DNA of 64,000 bases, from positions 42,470,001-42,534,000 of the forward strand of contig OX597834.1 in NCBI GenBank assembly GCA_951406725.2. The letters run 5' to 3'. Under the pieces are notes generated by a model. The model made no database searches and was not told where the DNA came from. It saw only the letters and a program-made list of their open reading frames with translations. This document shows, piece after piece, positions 1 to 11,832 of this stretch. This DNA is from Octopus vulgaris (lineage: Eukaryota). Each line of letters begins with the position of its first letter. Positions within the stretch are counted from its first letter, which is position 1. A program made the position numbers and the translations under genes.

Positions 1-554
1 GCATTCGATTGAACATTTTCGCCTAACTTCTATGCTTCTGGATCACCTAATGCTTAAGAACTTTGATTTTCAGTATCTGAATTGTCTGCGCACCAAGTTG
101 ATGCCTACGTTATGGCATGGACAATCACATAACTGTCCCCCCATATTATCACACATGCACACGCATGCATATGTATGAATACATGCATAGATCTTATTAT
201 CTCTCACTGGCTCTGTTCACCTGTCTATATATATCCACATATCACATATATGTACATCTGTATGATTATGGTCACAAGATCCAATGTGATATACGAAGGG
301 AATGCGTTTATACATACATAAATACATATATCTACACGCACACACACATACACACACACACACACACACGTATGAATTATAAATAACAAGGTTGACTTGT
401 TCGCAGATTTACAACCAAAAGGCAGAAATATATACGCTACTAAAGCAACTGAGGCACCAGTTAGCACGAGTATTGCTAGAAATAGGAGTTAAGGCAACAG
501 CTATGAGTTGTTTTAACACTTATTTAACTAGTGCGATCAGTCACTTTGGTGATG

Positions 555-600
<46 letters not shown>

Positions 601-880
601 CATATATACATATAAATATGTATACATATATATATATATACATATATATATACATACATATATATGCATATGTACACATATATATATGTAATGTATGTAT
701 ATACATATATACATACATATAGTATGTGTATATATGTACATAATAAGCAATTATACACATACTAGATATATATTAATGTATATACATACATACATGCGTA
801 TAGGAGTGCACGCATGTACACATATGCATACGCATATACTTACAGGCACACATGCATACATACATACATACATACATTCA

Positions 881-970
881 TACCTACCTACCTACCTACC
901 TACCTACCTACCTACCTACCTACCTACCTACCTACCTACCTACCTACCTACCTACCTACCTACCTACCTA
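881..970. repeat. (TACC)n microsatellite
   Basis: Perfect TACC tandem run within (TACA)n. Confidence 0.95.
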
Positions 971-998
971 CATACATACATACATACTTACATACATA

Positions 999-1340
999 CA
1001 GTAAAAGAGTCGCGGTTTCAAAGCGACGAAAATATTTTGAAAAATTAAATTAAAATGTTGATGTGAATGTAACGGCATCGTGGGTTTTTAAATGGCGAAT
1101 AAACACCTTCGACGCTGCAATTTAGATCCCAAGTTGTTATTCCCGACTCCCAGGAGTTCAAGCGACTGATAGCGCAGGATACTCTTTTAATGGAACTATG
1201 CTCTGTTCGACGATGAAATTTCGAGCTGGGGCCACACCGAGTTATTTTCGATTGAGTGGACAAGAACTTCGGAAATGAAAGGAACTTTCGCCGAAGAATA
1301 AATCACCCGCCTTTGACAAACATGCAGCTGAAGAACTTAC
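999..1340 (+). mobile_element. Decayed copy of the hammerhead-like element family also at 63006-63303
   Basis: 999-1123 aligns by eye to 63119-63244 (GTCGCGGT..AAAGCGACGAAAATATTTTG..AAATTAAA..TTAAATGG..AAACACCTTC.ACGCTGCAATT). The 5' core is degenerate (GTAAAAG). Right boundary is approximate. Confidence 0.65.
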
Positions 1341-1438
1341 AAATGCTTACGCAACATTCTGCTTGTGCATATATGAACACACACACGCGCGCGCACAGAT
1401 ACAAATATATATGTAGTCATAGACACACACAAGAACAC

Positions 1439-1503
<65 letters not shown>

Positions 1504-1649
1504 CTGGGCCAATATTGGCCAAAACCTTTCTAAGTTATTCTAAGTTATATACACATCCATAGTATATATATATGTATATATATATATTTGTATATATTTA
1601 TTTATATATATATACACACATCCATAGTATATGTATATATATATACATA

Positions 1650-1688
<39 letters not shown>

Positions 1689-1749
1689 GTATATGTTTAT
1701 ATGCATACACTCACACATACCATACATGGTTATATATTGTTTTATTCTT

Positions 1750-1915
1750 TTACTTGTTTCAGTGGTTCGGTAAAAAAAATGGCGATAGATTTAGAGGACC
1801 AAGTGTAGAAAAACTGCAAAAACCAAGTATTGGGGTCTATTCATTTGACCCCAAAATTCTTCAAGGCATTACACCAGCATGGTCGCTGTCTAATGATTGA
1901 ACAAGTGAAAGATAA
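1750..1915 (+). mobile_element. SINE family B, 3' fragment
   Basis: GGTTCGG..GATAGA..GGGGTC..CCAGCATGGTCGC..TAATGATTGAACAAGT, matching the tail of 34965-35378. Confidence 0.65.
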
Positions 1916-1946
<31 letters not shown>

Positions 1947-1951
1947 GCATC

Positions 1952-1991
<40 letters not shown>

Positions 1992-2066
1992 TCTATGTAT
2001 ATATATATATATATATATGTATGTATATGCATCTATGTATATATATATATATGTATATGGATCTAT

Positions 2067-2098
<32 letters not shown>

Positions 2099-2104
2099 GC
2101 ATCT

Positions 2105-2190
<86 letters not shown>

Positions 2191-2440
2191 ATATATATAT
2201 GTGTGTATATATATATATGTGTGTATATATATATGTGTGTGTGTATATATATATGTGTATATATATATATATGTGTATATATATATGTGTGTGTGTATAT
2301 ATATGTATATATGTATATGCATCTATGTATGCATGCTTATATGTATGTATGTATGTTTGTATGTATGCATGTATGTATATACGTATGTAAGCATGCATGT
2401 ATGTATGTGTGTATAAATGCATTTACGTGTGTGTGTATGT
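1914..2440. repeat. Compound (TA)n/(TG)n/(TATG)n array with recurring GCATCT anchor
   Basis: Seen directly. Confidence 0.9.
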
Positions 2441-2687
2441 TATTCATTTTCTAATTTAAAGTAAGAAAATGGTTTTAAAAAATAATTTTACACGATTTCC
2501 CTGAACACATTCTGTGTATATATATGTATATATGTAGCTACATAACTGTATATGTATATGTGTGTATATATGTAAAAATATATCTGTATGTGTGTGTAAT
2601 GTATATTGTACTATATATATGTTTATTTATAAGTAACTATATGTAGATATGTATATATTTATGTATTTATTACTATATATATGTATG

Positions 2688-2738
<51 letters not shown>

Positions 2739-2866
2739 CCATACACACATATGTATAAATATGTACAAGTAGATGACTAGATATAAACACACTTAGATAT
2801 ATATCGTCATATATATTAGCATTTATATATATGTATATATATATATATATGTATACATACATGCAG

Positions 2867-2905
<39 letters not shown>

Positions 2906-2982
2906 CTGATACATACATATATATATGTGTATATTTGTATATTTGCATATATATATGTGTTTATATATGTGTATATATATGT

Positions 2983-3044
<62 letters not shown>

Positions 3045-3314
3045 ATATACGTACATAAATAGCTATTTTATGTTTGTGTGCATGCATTCTTCTTCACCTG
3101 TATGTATGTGAATGTATTTTTCTCAACGTCTGTATTTCTGTTAATGCAACTTGCACACGGTGTATTTGTCTCAGTCACGTAAATTAGTATTTCTCAGATA
3201 AATTAGCATTTGAACAAATCGAGGACCGCAACCCGATTAATCAGACTTGAATATTACAAAATTTACCGTAGGATAGATTGCAACAATTTTAACACTTCAA
3301 GGTGACGTTTCCTC

Positions 3315-3417
3315 GCAGGCTATAGTAGAAGACACTTGCCCAAGGTGCCACTGGGACTGAACCTGGAACCATATGTGGTTTGTAAGCAAGCTACTTACCA
3401 CACAGCCACTCCTGCGC

Positions 3418-3420
<3 letters not shown>
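3315..3420 (-). mobile_element. SINE family B, 5' head
   Basis: Reverse complement of AGGCGCAGGAGTGGCTGTGTGGTAAGTAGC...GGCACCTTGGGCAAGTGTCTTCTACTATAGCC. Confidence 0.85.
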
Positions 3421-3463
<43 letters not shown>

Positions 3464-3978
3464 GTATGTATTCACTCAAACAAACACGCGCACACATGTT
3501 TCGTTCGCTTCATATTTAAATGCAATGACATACATTCAAAAGCACACAGATTGATGATAAATAGATAAGTATTGAATATTGATGAGCACACTAAAAAAAA
3601 ATAACCCCAGCTGGTGGATGACGTCGTTCTATTGTTAAATTAAAACACATACACACATACACACACACAGAAATATACTCACACAAAATACACGCTTCGA
3701 ATATATCTTTACATACATACATAGATATATATATATACCTTAAATCACATTTCATATTCTGTCTCCTTGATACGCTTCGCTAAACAAACACTGGACGCAG
3801 TACATGCTCACAAGTATGTACATACAGACACGCGCCCAGACACGCATCTGCACGCAAAGTTCACACACTTACTCATGAGTTCTGACATACATATCCTGAC
3901 ATAAACAATACTGGCTTATTAGTACACTCATGCATAAATGCATATATATATATACATATAGGTTCTTTGTAATAAGGG

Positions 3979-4044
<66 letters not shown>

Positions 4045-4214
4045 AATAGGTTCTCAGTAGCAAGGGTATATATATATACGCATGTATATATATATATATA
4101 TATATACACGTATGTATATACATTGCTTCTGCTTTTATATGTATGTATAGATTTACGTAAGTAATATTGATAAAAGATGTATAGAAGTATGAATTCATTC
4201 AGCTGTAGGTCTGC

Positions 4215-4525
4215 TTACGACCCGTAACTTAGTGGTTTGGCCAAACAAACCGATAAATTAAGTGCCAGGCTTTAAAAAATAAGTGCTGCAACCGAATCAT
4301 TCGACGGAAAATTCCTCACCTGTGCTCCAGCATGGTCGCGGGCCAGTGCTGTGGCGGACGCCCCCAGGTGAGAAGTGGACTGGTCGGCGAATGAACGCCG
4401 TTCGGATCAGTCCTGTAGAGACAACGAAATACGTTTCCATCGTGGGTCATATCAGTGGCGACGAGGGTTCGGACAATATCGCCACTGGGACATATCATCC
4501 AATGACTGAAACAAGTAAAAGCTAA
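4215..4525 (+). mobile_element. SINE family B 3' part interrupted by a ~157 bp GC-rich insert
   Basis: The tail CTCCAGCATGGTCGCGG (to ~4340) resumes as TCCAATGACTGAAACAAGTAAAAG (~4498). Confidence 0.75.
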
Positions 4526-4552
4526 AACACACATACATACATACATATATTT

Positions 4553-5102
4553 CAATAAAAATAAAGGGGTAAAATTAATTAATTATCTAATTAAGTAATT
4601 TATTAATAATCATTAATTTTACCAAGTAGTTCGGTACGTTAAAATAACCTTTTTAGGTAAAATTATAGAAATATTCTATAGTTATAAACATAATTATAAT
4701 CAGGGGTTAGCTAATTGCTTCACCACGCACCGAATTTAGAAATAGGAGTTAAAATGCCTTTTCTGCCATAAACATCTCCCAAACAGTAACATTCTTTTTT
4801 ACGCAGGCAAAAAGAAAAAAATAACGAATCCCCACGACTGAGATTAGCTGCATACGCGTTTCGAGATTAAAGTAAAGTTATATTTACTTATTTCTCATCT
4901 TCAGTGCAGCATTTCGAGATATAAATTTGAGAGTGTGTTTGGATTAAATATGTACGCGATCAAACGTCATCGTATAACCGATATTCGAACACTTCTTTAC
5001 GGTAGTAGAAAAAGAATTTTAACTCCTGTTTGTAAATTCGGTGAGTAGCGAAGCAATTAGCTGACCCCTGATTATAATTATGCTTATAATCATAGAATAT
5101 TT
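4553..5102 (-). mobile_element. Non-autonomous Penelope-like element with hammerhead and 87 bp inverted partial copy
   Basis: Inverted repeat 4669-4755 / 5016-5102 (a few mismatches) surrounds the hammerhead at 4847-4910. No ORF. Confidence 0.65.
4847..4910 (-). ncRNA. Minimal type I hammerhead ribozyme motif
   Basis: Minus strand: GCTGCA-CTGAAGA-T-GAGA[26 nt]TCTC-GAAA-CGCG-TA-TGCAGC. Perfect 6 bp helix I, 4 bp helix II base, palindromic helix III, GUA site. Confidence 0.8.
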
Positions 5103-5221
5103 AACAGATACATATAGATAAATACTGTGGTGAAGATAGATATATAAATATATACAGATTGATAGATAGATACATACATACATGCATATATACATACATG
5201 CATATATACATACATGCGCAC

Positions 5222-5430
5222 ACAGAGGACATCTGTGGACAACTGCTTCGAAATCTCCAGTTTCTATATCCTGAATATGAATTCACATTCATGCCAATAA
5301 TAATTGGAGCTCTAAATTTTGTTAGTAAATGCTTAAAGGAGAATCTGGATGATCTGGATTTTCAGAAAGAGAAATCGACTGGCTAATTCGTACATTACAA
5401 GTGCAGTCTGTGAGTGGAACAGTAAAAATA
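5222..5430 (+). mobile_element. C-terminal fragment of a restriction-like-endonuclease non-LTR retrotransposon (R4/NeSL-like)
   Basis: QLLRNLQFLYPEYEFTFMPIIIGALNFVSKCLKENL..., then after a frameshift LIRTLQVQSVSGTVKI. The PIIIGAL motif is typical of RLE-clade C-termini. Confidence 0.65.
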
Positions 5431-5469
5431 CGCACTGGGATTTGAACTCTGAGCGCAGCGAACCGCAAT

Positions 5470-5508
5470 ATCAGACGGCTGCGTGTTCGAATCACGTCGG
5501 GGTCACCA
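5470..5508 (+). pseudogene. 3' half of tRNA-Trp (positions 38-76 including CCA); extended primer-binding site on the minus strand
   Basis: ATCAGACGGCTGCGTGTTCGAATCACGTCGGGGTCACCA: T-arm GCGTG-TTCGAAT-CACGT, acceptor CGGGGTC-A-CCA. Matches metazoan tRNA-Trp(CCA) from memory with about one mismatch. Confidence 0.85.
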
Positions 5509-5510
5509 AT

Positions 5511-5974
5511 TGTAACAGGATGAAGGTCTCAGGAACAATTGAGGGGTGTCGGTCTTATCCTGTTACATTCAATTGTGTCGAAAGGAAAACAACAACTTCG
5601 ACTATCTTCAACAGCAATAAATAATACTTTATTTTGTCTGGATTCGCAAATAAAATATATACGCACATATATTTTCTTCATGGCGAACCGGTAGCCAAGT
5701 CCATAAAACTATTCACAATAGTTAACTTGTGTGAGCCAAGATGCTGTCCCCGTTCCCGCGTAGAAGGGGGTTTCTCTACGTGTTAGGTTTTCCCTTGAGA
5801 GAAGTTTGAGTCGTGTCCACCGGTTAGGGCTGCAGTTTCAAAAAAGACTGATCTAGCGGGAAAATTTTCTGTTGGCAGTTCTCTATGCATGCACATGAGG
5901 GAACTTCCGACGGCCTACCGGAAGTAATCTAACTGCGCATACGCGCTGAAAACTTCCAAAATAGCGTGACTACA
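5511..5974 (-). mobile_element. Solo LTR of an LTR retrotransposon (Trp primer, probably Gypsy-type)
   Basis: Minus strand begins TGTAGTCAC and ends CCTGTTACA, followed by AT and the PBS TGGTGACCCCGACGTGAT. AATAAA on minus near 5627-5632. Confidence 0.65.
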
Positions 5975-6232
5975 TATTCTGAAAATATGTTCTTTTTAGT
6001 CGTTGCAACGTAGCGACTCATGTGTGTGTGGATACACAGACATGACAGAAGTAAATAGACACATCGTTAAAATCGTTAAAATTAATTTAAATCTGAAATT
6101 ATACATCCGAATTATTTATTAATTATCATAATGTGAATGCCTAACATTTAGTAGACATGCCCTTCGCATTTTCAATGCAAGGACCCTGATCAGATGACGA
6201 GTATTCTCTTGAGGAATTTCTTGCTAAATTTC

Positions 6233-6449
6233 ATACAAGGGGCTACACACAGAGGGTACAAACAAGGACAGACAAACGGATTAAGTCGATTACATCGACC
6301 CCAGTGCGTAACTGGTACTTAATTTATCGACCCCGAAAAGATGAAAGGCAAAGTCTACCTCGGCAGAATTTGAACTCAGGACGTAACGGCAGACGAAATA
6401 CGGCTACGCATTTCGCCCGGCGTGCTAACGTTTCTGCCAGCTCGCCGCC
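6233..6449 (-). mobile_element. SINE family A, near full length
   Basis: Minus: GGCGGCGAGCTGGCAGAAACGTTAGCAC..GAGTTCAAATTC (B box)..GACTTTGCCTTTCATC..GGGGTCGATAAATTAAGTACCAG; more than 14 copies in the window. Confidence 0.9.
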
Positions 6450-6474
6450 TTATGTATGCATTTGTATAGGTCCT

Positions 6475-6524
<50 letters not shown>

Positions 6525-6734
6525 TGTACGAGTTTGAATGTGTGTGTGGAAAGAAGTCTCATAAATAGAGCCGTACTAAGGACATCCATGTTCGCAAGTA
6601 TCAACTGCGAATTGTCGAACCGTGGCAACGAAAGCAATAAGGGCCACTTTGTCCCCTCAGTCAAGAGGAGCTATTTGTTTTCTTCACCCAATAGTATGAA
6701 AAGCAAAATCCTGTCAGGGATCTGATTAACTGTA

Positions 6735-7000
6735 AAGTGGCTCAGTGGTTAGAGCGTCGAGTTCACAACCATGAGGTAGTGAGCTCGATTCCCAGGCCGG
6801 ACTGTGTTGTATTCTTCAGCAGGGCACTTTAGTTCACGTTACTCCAGTTCATTCAGCTGCAGAAATGAGTGGCGATGTCACTGGTACCAAGCTCTGTCGG
6901 TCTTTGCCTTACCCTTGGATGAGATCAGTGACGTGGTGAGGGAAGGCTGGTATGCATGGGCAACGGCTGGTCTTCCATAAACAACCTTGCGCGGACTTAT
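6735..7000 (+). mobile_element. tRNA-derived SINE (family D-type head and core, different tail)
   Basis: A box TGGCTCAGTGG, B-box-like GCTCGATTCC, CORE-like TTCTTCAGCAGGGCACTT..CTCCAGTTCATTCAGCTG..AAATGAGT. Confidence 0.75.
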
Positions 7001-7179
7001 GATAGATAGATAGATAGATAGATATTTACATGTATATAGAGACACAGACGTGTATGCATGTACACCTGGGCTTATGCATGTTTATCTACAGAGTCAAAGA
7101 GTGAATACGCGAGAGAAGGCGAGAGAGCGACAGAAAGTCTCATAGATGCATACTCCATAAGCAGATGTATATGTATATA

Positions 7180-7370
7180 TGAGAACGCCATGTTGAATCG
7201 TTAGCTCCTGCACGCATTTTTTTTCTCTCCTTGTTTCTTTTCTGTGTATCTTTCTGTCGAAAAGCATAGGCTCGAAACGTAAAAAACTTGTTTTATTTCT
7301 ATTCCTGAGCGCCATATTAATACTCCACCTGCCTTCGTCTTTTGTTTATTTTCGTAAACCTTCCCGTTAT
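7180..7370 (+). mobile_element. ~190 bp non-autonomous element with a variant hammerhead-like fold
   Basis: Homologous to 53958-54135(-). TCTTT-CTGTCGA-A-AAGC-ATAG-GCTC-GAAA-CG-TA-AAAAA at 7249-7286; (TA)n flanks. Confidence 0.65.
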
Positions 7371-7403
7371 ATATATGTATATATACAGATGCATACTCCA
7401 TAA

Positions 7404-7460
<57 letters not shown>

Positions 7461-8100
7461 TAGATAGATGCATACTCCATAAGCGTATATATATATATAT
7501 ATATATATATAGTCGCAACCACATACAGATAAATACTGCATGTGTAGAACAACCTGCCTAAATCCGTAACAATATACTCGGGCGTTATTCCTTAATACAT
7601 TTTTATTGTTTGTCATTTCATGTGAAAACAAACAATACAGAAAATATAACAAACACACAAACAAGGGAATAACGGAAATAACACACACAAAATATACAGA
7701 TTAAGAAAATAAAAAAGACGCGCGCTGAGAATTCTTCGACATAGCCCAGGGGACAGTATATTATATTCTGTAAGACGTATATTTCTGCTTATTTACTTAT
7801 GTATTTATTTATGATTTCATTCTAAATTCTATGTATTATTGTTGTTGTTATTGTCGTTGGACTTCTTCTTCTAGGTCTTTTAATATTATTATTATTATTA
7901 TTATTATTATATACAACCACGAGCATAAATATATTTAAATAAACGATGATGTATACGGTTGAGTGCTGGTATATATATATATATATGTATGTGTAAATAT
8001 ATATATATGCATGTATAAATATATGTATGCATGTATATAGATATATGTATGTATATATATATATATAATAGAAATATTAAAATTACTAAGTCTCTCTAAA

Positions 8101-8142
<42 letters not shown>

Positions 8143-8259
8143 GTATGAGTCTGGCCATGAAGAGCTATGTTAGTATTGAAGTATGTGTGTGCATATGTGT
8201 GTTTATATACACACATCACAGATACATTCATATATATATATATATACGTACATCTTTAC

Positions 8260-8303
<44 letters not shown>

Positions 8304-8737
8304 ATCTATCTATATCTATCTATGTATCTAACTATCTCTGTCTCTCTATCTAGATACGTATATATAGATACACACAAACACACACACACACACACCCACA
8401 CACACACATATATATATATACATATATACATACATCCACACACACACACACGCACATATATATATATACATACATATATACATACACACACACGAACACT
8501 ACAGAAATAGACACAGACACACACACACACAAACACAGACAGAAACGGACACAGACACACTAACAGAGACACACTTACTCACACACACGCGCGCGCAGGC
8601 ACACTCACACACCCATGTACACATTCCTACGGCATTTACTTTGTCATGCATTAGTATGTACACACATCCATGCAACCACGTGCATGTATACCATATATCA
8701 CATGGACTAAAATGCGCATAGCACATATATGTATATA

Positions 8738-8892
8738 TGGTAGAAACGTTAGCACGCCGTTATGTTCTGGGTTCAAACACCGCCGAGGTCGACTTTGCCT
8801 TTCATCCTGGAGTCGATGTAGTTGACTTAATCCCTTTGTCTATCTTTGTTTGTCCCCTCTATGTTTAGCCCCTTGTGGGCAATAAAGAAATA
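8738..8892 (+). mobile_element. SINE family A, internally deleted
   Basis: AGAAACGTTAGCACGCC..GAGGTCGACTTTGCCTTTCATCC..CCTTGTGGGCAATAAAGAAATA. Confidence 0.85.
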
Positions 8893-8940
8893 TATATGTA
8901 GGTATAACTGGTATGTATGCATCACTATATATACATGCAA

Positions 8941-8976
<36 letters not shown>

Positions 8977-9320
8977 CCATATAATATATTTGCATATATA
9001 TAGCCACACACACGTGTATGCATATACACCTGTTTATGCATATACATCTATATATTTATACGATTATACACGCATGCGAGCGTGCTTTTGCACATATATA
9101 TATATATATATATATATATAGATGCATATCATATATATATGTATATATATGTGTGTGTATGTATGTATATACATACACATATACATATATTTGCATATAT
9201 ATATATAGTGATGCTTACACACCATGTATGTTAGCATGACAACAATGTCTGTTAGTACCCTTAATAATTAATATATATATATATATATATCAACATAAGC
9301 AACAAGGATATCCAGAGGTA

Positions 9321-9409
9321 ATGCAGTACGAACGTTTCATGCAACTTCATTTAATTGAACAATGCAACCATTACATCAATTTAAGATGTAAAGCAATCTT
9401 CAGCTACAC
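9321..9409 (-). ncRNA. Type I hammerhead ribozyme motif
   Basis: Minus: GTGTAG-CTGAAGA-TTGC[~50 nt]GCAT-GAAA-CGTTCG-TA-CTGCAT. Helix I is 6 bp with G-U pairs; GUA site. Confidence 0.6.
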
Positions 9410-9578
9410 AGACATAGAATTGAAGTAAATTAGAAGAGATGGACACATTAGTATAATTATACCTAAAATCTCCAAGAAGTTAAGGAGATAGACAAAGAAC
9501 ATGTTGTACCTACAACAGCATAGACCTAACTAAAATTTTCAAGGAGACACTACCTGTCACTTAAGTACCATATTCATC

Positions 9579-9646
<68 letters not shown>

Positions 9647-9659
9647 ATGTATGTACATT

Positions 9660-10280
9660 TAAATTTCAGACGATAGAATGGAGGCATGAGACAATGAGAT
9701 CTGTGAGAGTGAGAGGGATGTCAGAAAGTCAAATCTCGTTGACAAAAGTCGCACGTTTCTTGGTTAATACTGTCGTGTGTCTATAAAGACAATATGCATA
9801 CTATTTGGAGTTGATACAGGAACTGTACATAGAATGGTTCATAATTGTTCCCTAATGATCTGAAAAAGAGCAAGAATTGTGCAAAAATTGTTCTCAGGGT
9901 GGTCAGTGACAGACAGATAGCTAGCCAGATAGATGGATAGAGATATAGATATATATGCATGTACCTACCTTTGTACGCATGTTTGAATCCAGATAGCCAA
10001 CTACTTGACAGTGACGGGTCCATGCATTCCTCCCTCTGCTATTTTGGTTTCATCCCCCAGTTAGAGATGAACCCAAGGGTCAGTGGTTTTGAAGATGAAA
10101 GAGGCTGTGACAGGGGTCCTCGTTTCGCTTACACTTTGCAGGACTTCCATGGGAACTTCATGAAATAACTTGAGTGCTACGACAAATGCATTGAAGTCAG
10201 GCGATTCTACTTTAAAGCAGATTAGAGTTTTCTACATTTTTGAAAAGAATAAATGTCTCTCCTGAAATAACTCTGGAAAG
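9660..10280 (+). mobile_element. Highly decayed mariner transposon
   Basis: TVHRMVH..DLKKSKNCAKIVLRV resembles the HTH/WVP region; SSLCYFGFIPQLEMNPRVSGFED resembles LAPCDF.LFPKLK; ECYDKCIEVRRFYF resembles the C-terminus. Confidence 0.6.
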
Positions 10281-10317
10281 GCATGGAATTTACCTTCTGC
10301 ATGACATTCATGTGCCT

Positions 10318-10735
<418 letters not shown>

Positions 10736-10987
10736 TGTATATATTAGTTTTGCGCTCAGGAAGAATGGAAAAGTCTTCTACAGAAAGGTTCGGGAGTAAA
10801 AAATGTGTAGGAATTAAAGTTCAACGTACATATGTACTTACATACATACATACATACATATACACACATGTTTATCTATTATGTAAAACTTTGTAATTCC
10901 TATTAGTAAATGAAACGTATGTAATGGTGAAAAATAATGCCCAAAACTTCCCACTTTCATATGTATGTCTGTCTGTCTGTCTGCCTG

Positions 10988-11044
<57 letters not shown>

Positions 11045-11832
11045 ATGTATTCATGTGCCTATATGTACCTGCACATCATACAACTCCGGTTCATCCGCAT
11101 AAAATGAGACGAAACTCAGCTAAGAGTTATTTGATGGAGTTGAATATATTCTGAAATTTCACAAAGAACTTTTCCTTTCTTCAAAAACGCGGTTATTAAA
11201 ATCCTCTTCTTCCTTATTTTAACGGTGAAAATGCTGTTGAAAAAAAAAATATTTAAAAAAATATTTTAAAACCATTTTCTTTTACGACTTCTATTTCGCA
11301 GTTATCTCGACAAATATTCGAAACACGTTATATATTGATGTACTTCGTGTGTTATACACAAGTTATGTTATATAACTCTTCATGTATTTGTGTTATTATA
11401 TCGATATGGCGTACATGTGTTATTTTTACGTGTGTTACTTTGGAATGTGTAACATTTGCATATACGTTTCAGTTTTATATGTGTTATAACATGTGTGTTC
11501 TACATTGCTGTTTTGGAGAAGTGTCATCTTTTGCAAGGTGTATTTGTGCCATATCTTGATGGTGTGTAAATCTTTCTTTTACTGCTATAATAAACATTTC
11601 TAAGTTTATGTTGCTATTGGTTTTAATTTCATTTAGACGAAAATATGTAATATATTGATTCTTTACATCGAAAAATTCCAAATATTCTGGTGTTTGTTTA
11701 ATTCTGGTATTCCTTATTGTCTGCAGCACAACTTGTTTATTCTTTAAACATTCGACTTTCGATTGTGGCCATGCAAATGTACTATCTCTTAGTACTATAT
11801 CTAAGAGATGAGGAATTACGTACATTATTCAC

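Noticed and set aside
5222-5236. 15-mer ACAGAGGACATCTGT also at ~49397
   Set aside because: Flanks are unrelated, and one such match in 64 kb is plausible by chance.
11484-11825. 113 aa minus ORF with FFDVKNQY, reminiscent of a Penelope RT SFDV..LY motif next to a hammerhead
   Set aside because: It is a single weak motif and the 5' part overlaps a decayed SINE tail; a profile search would be needed.
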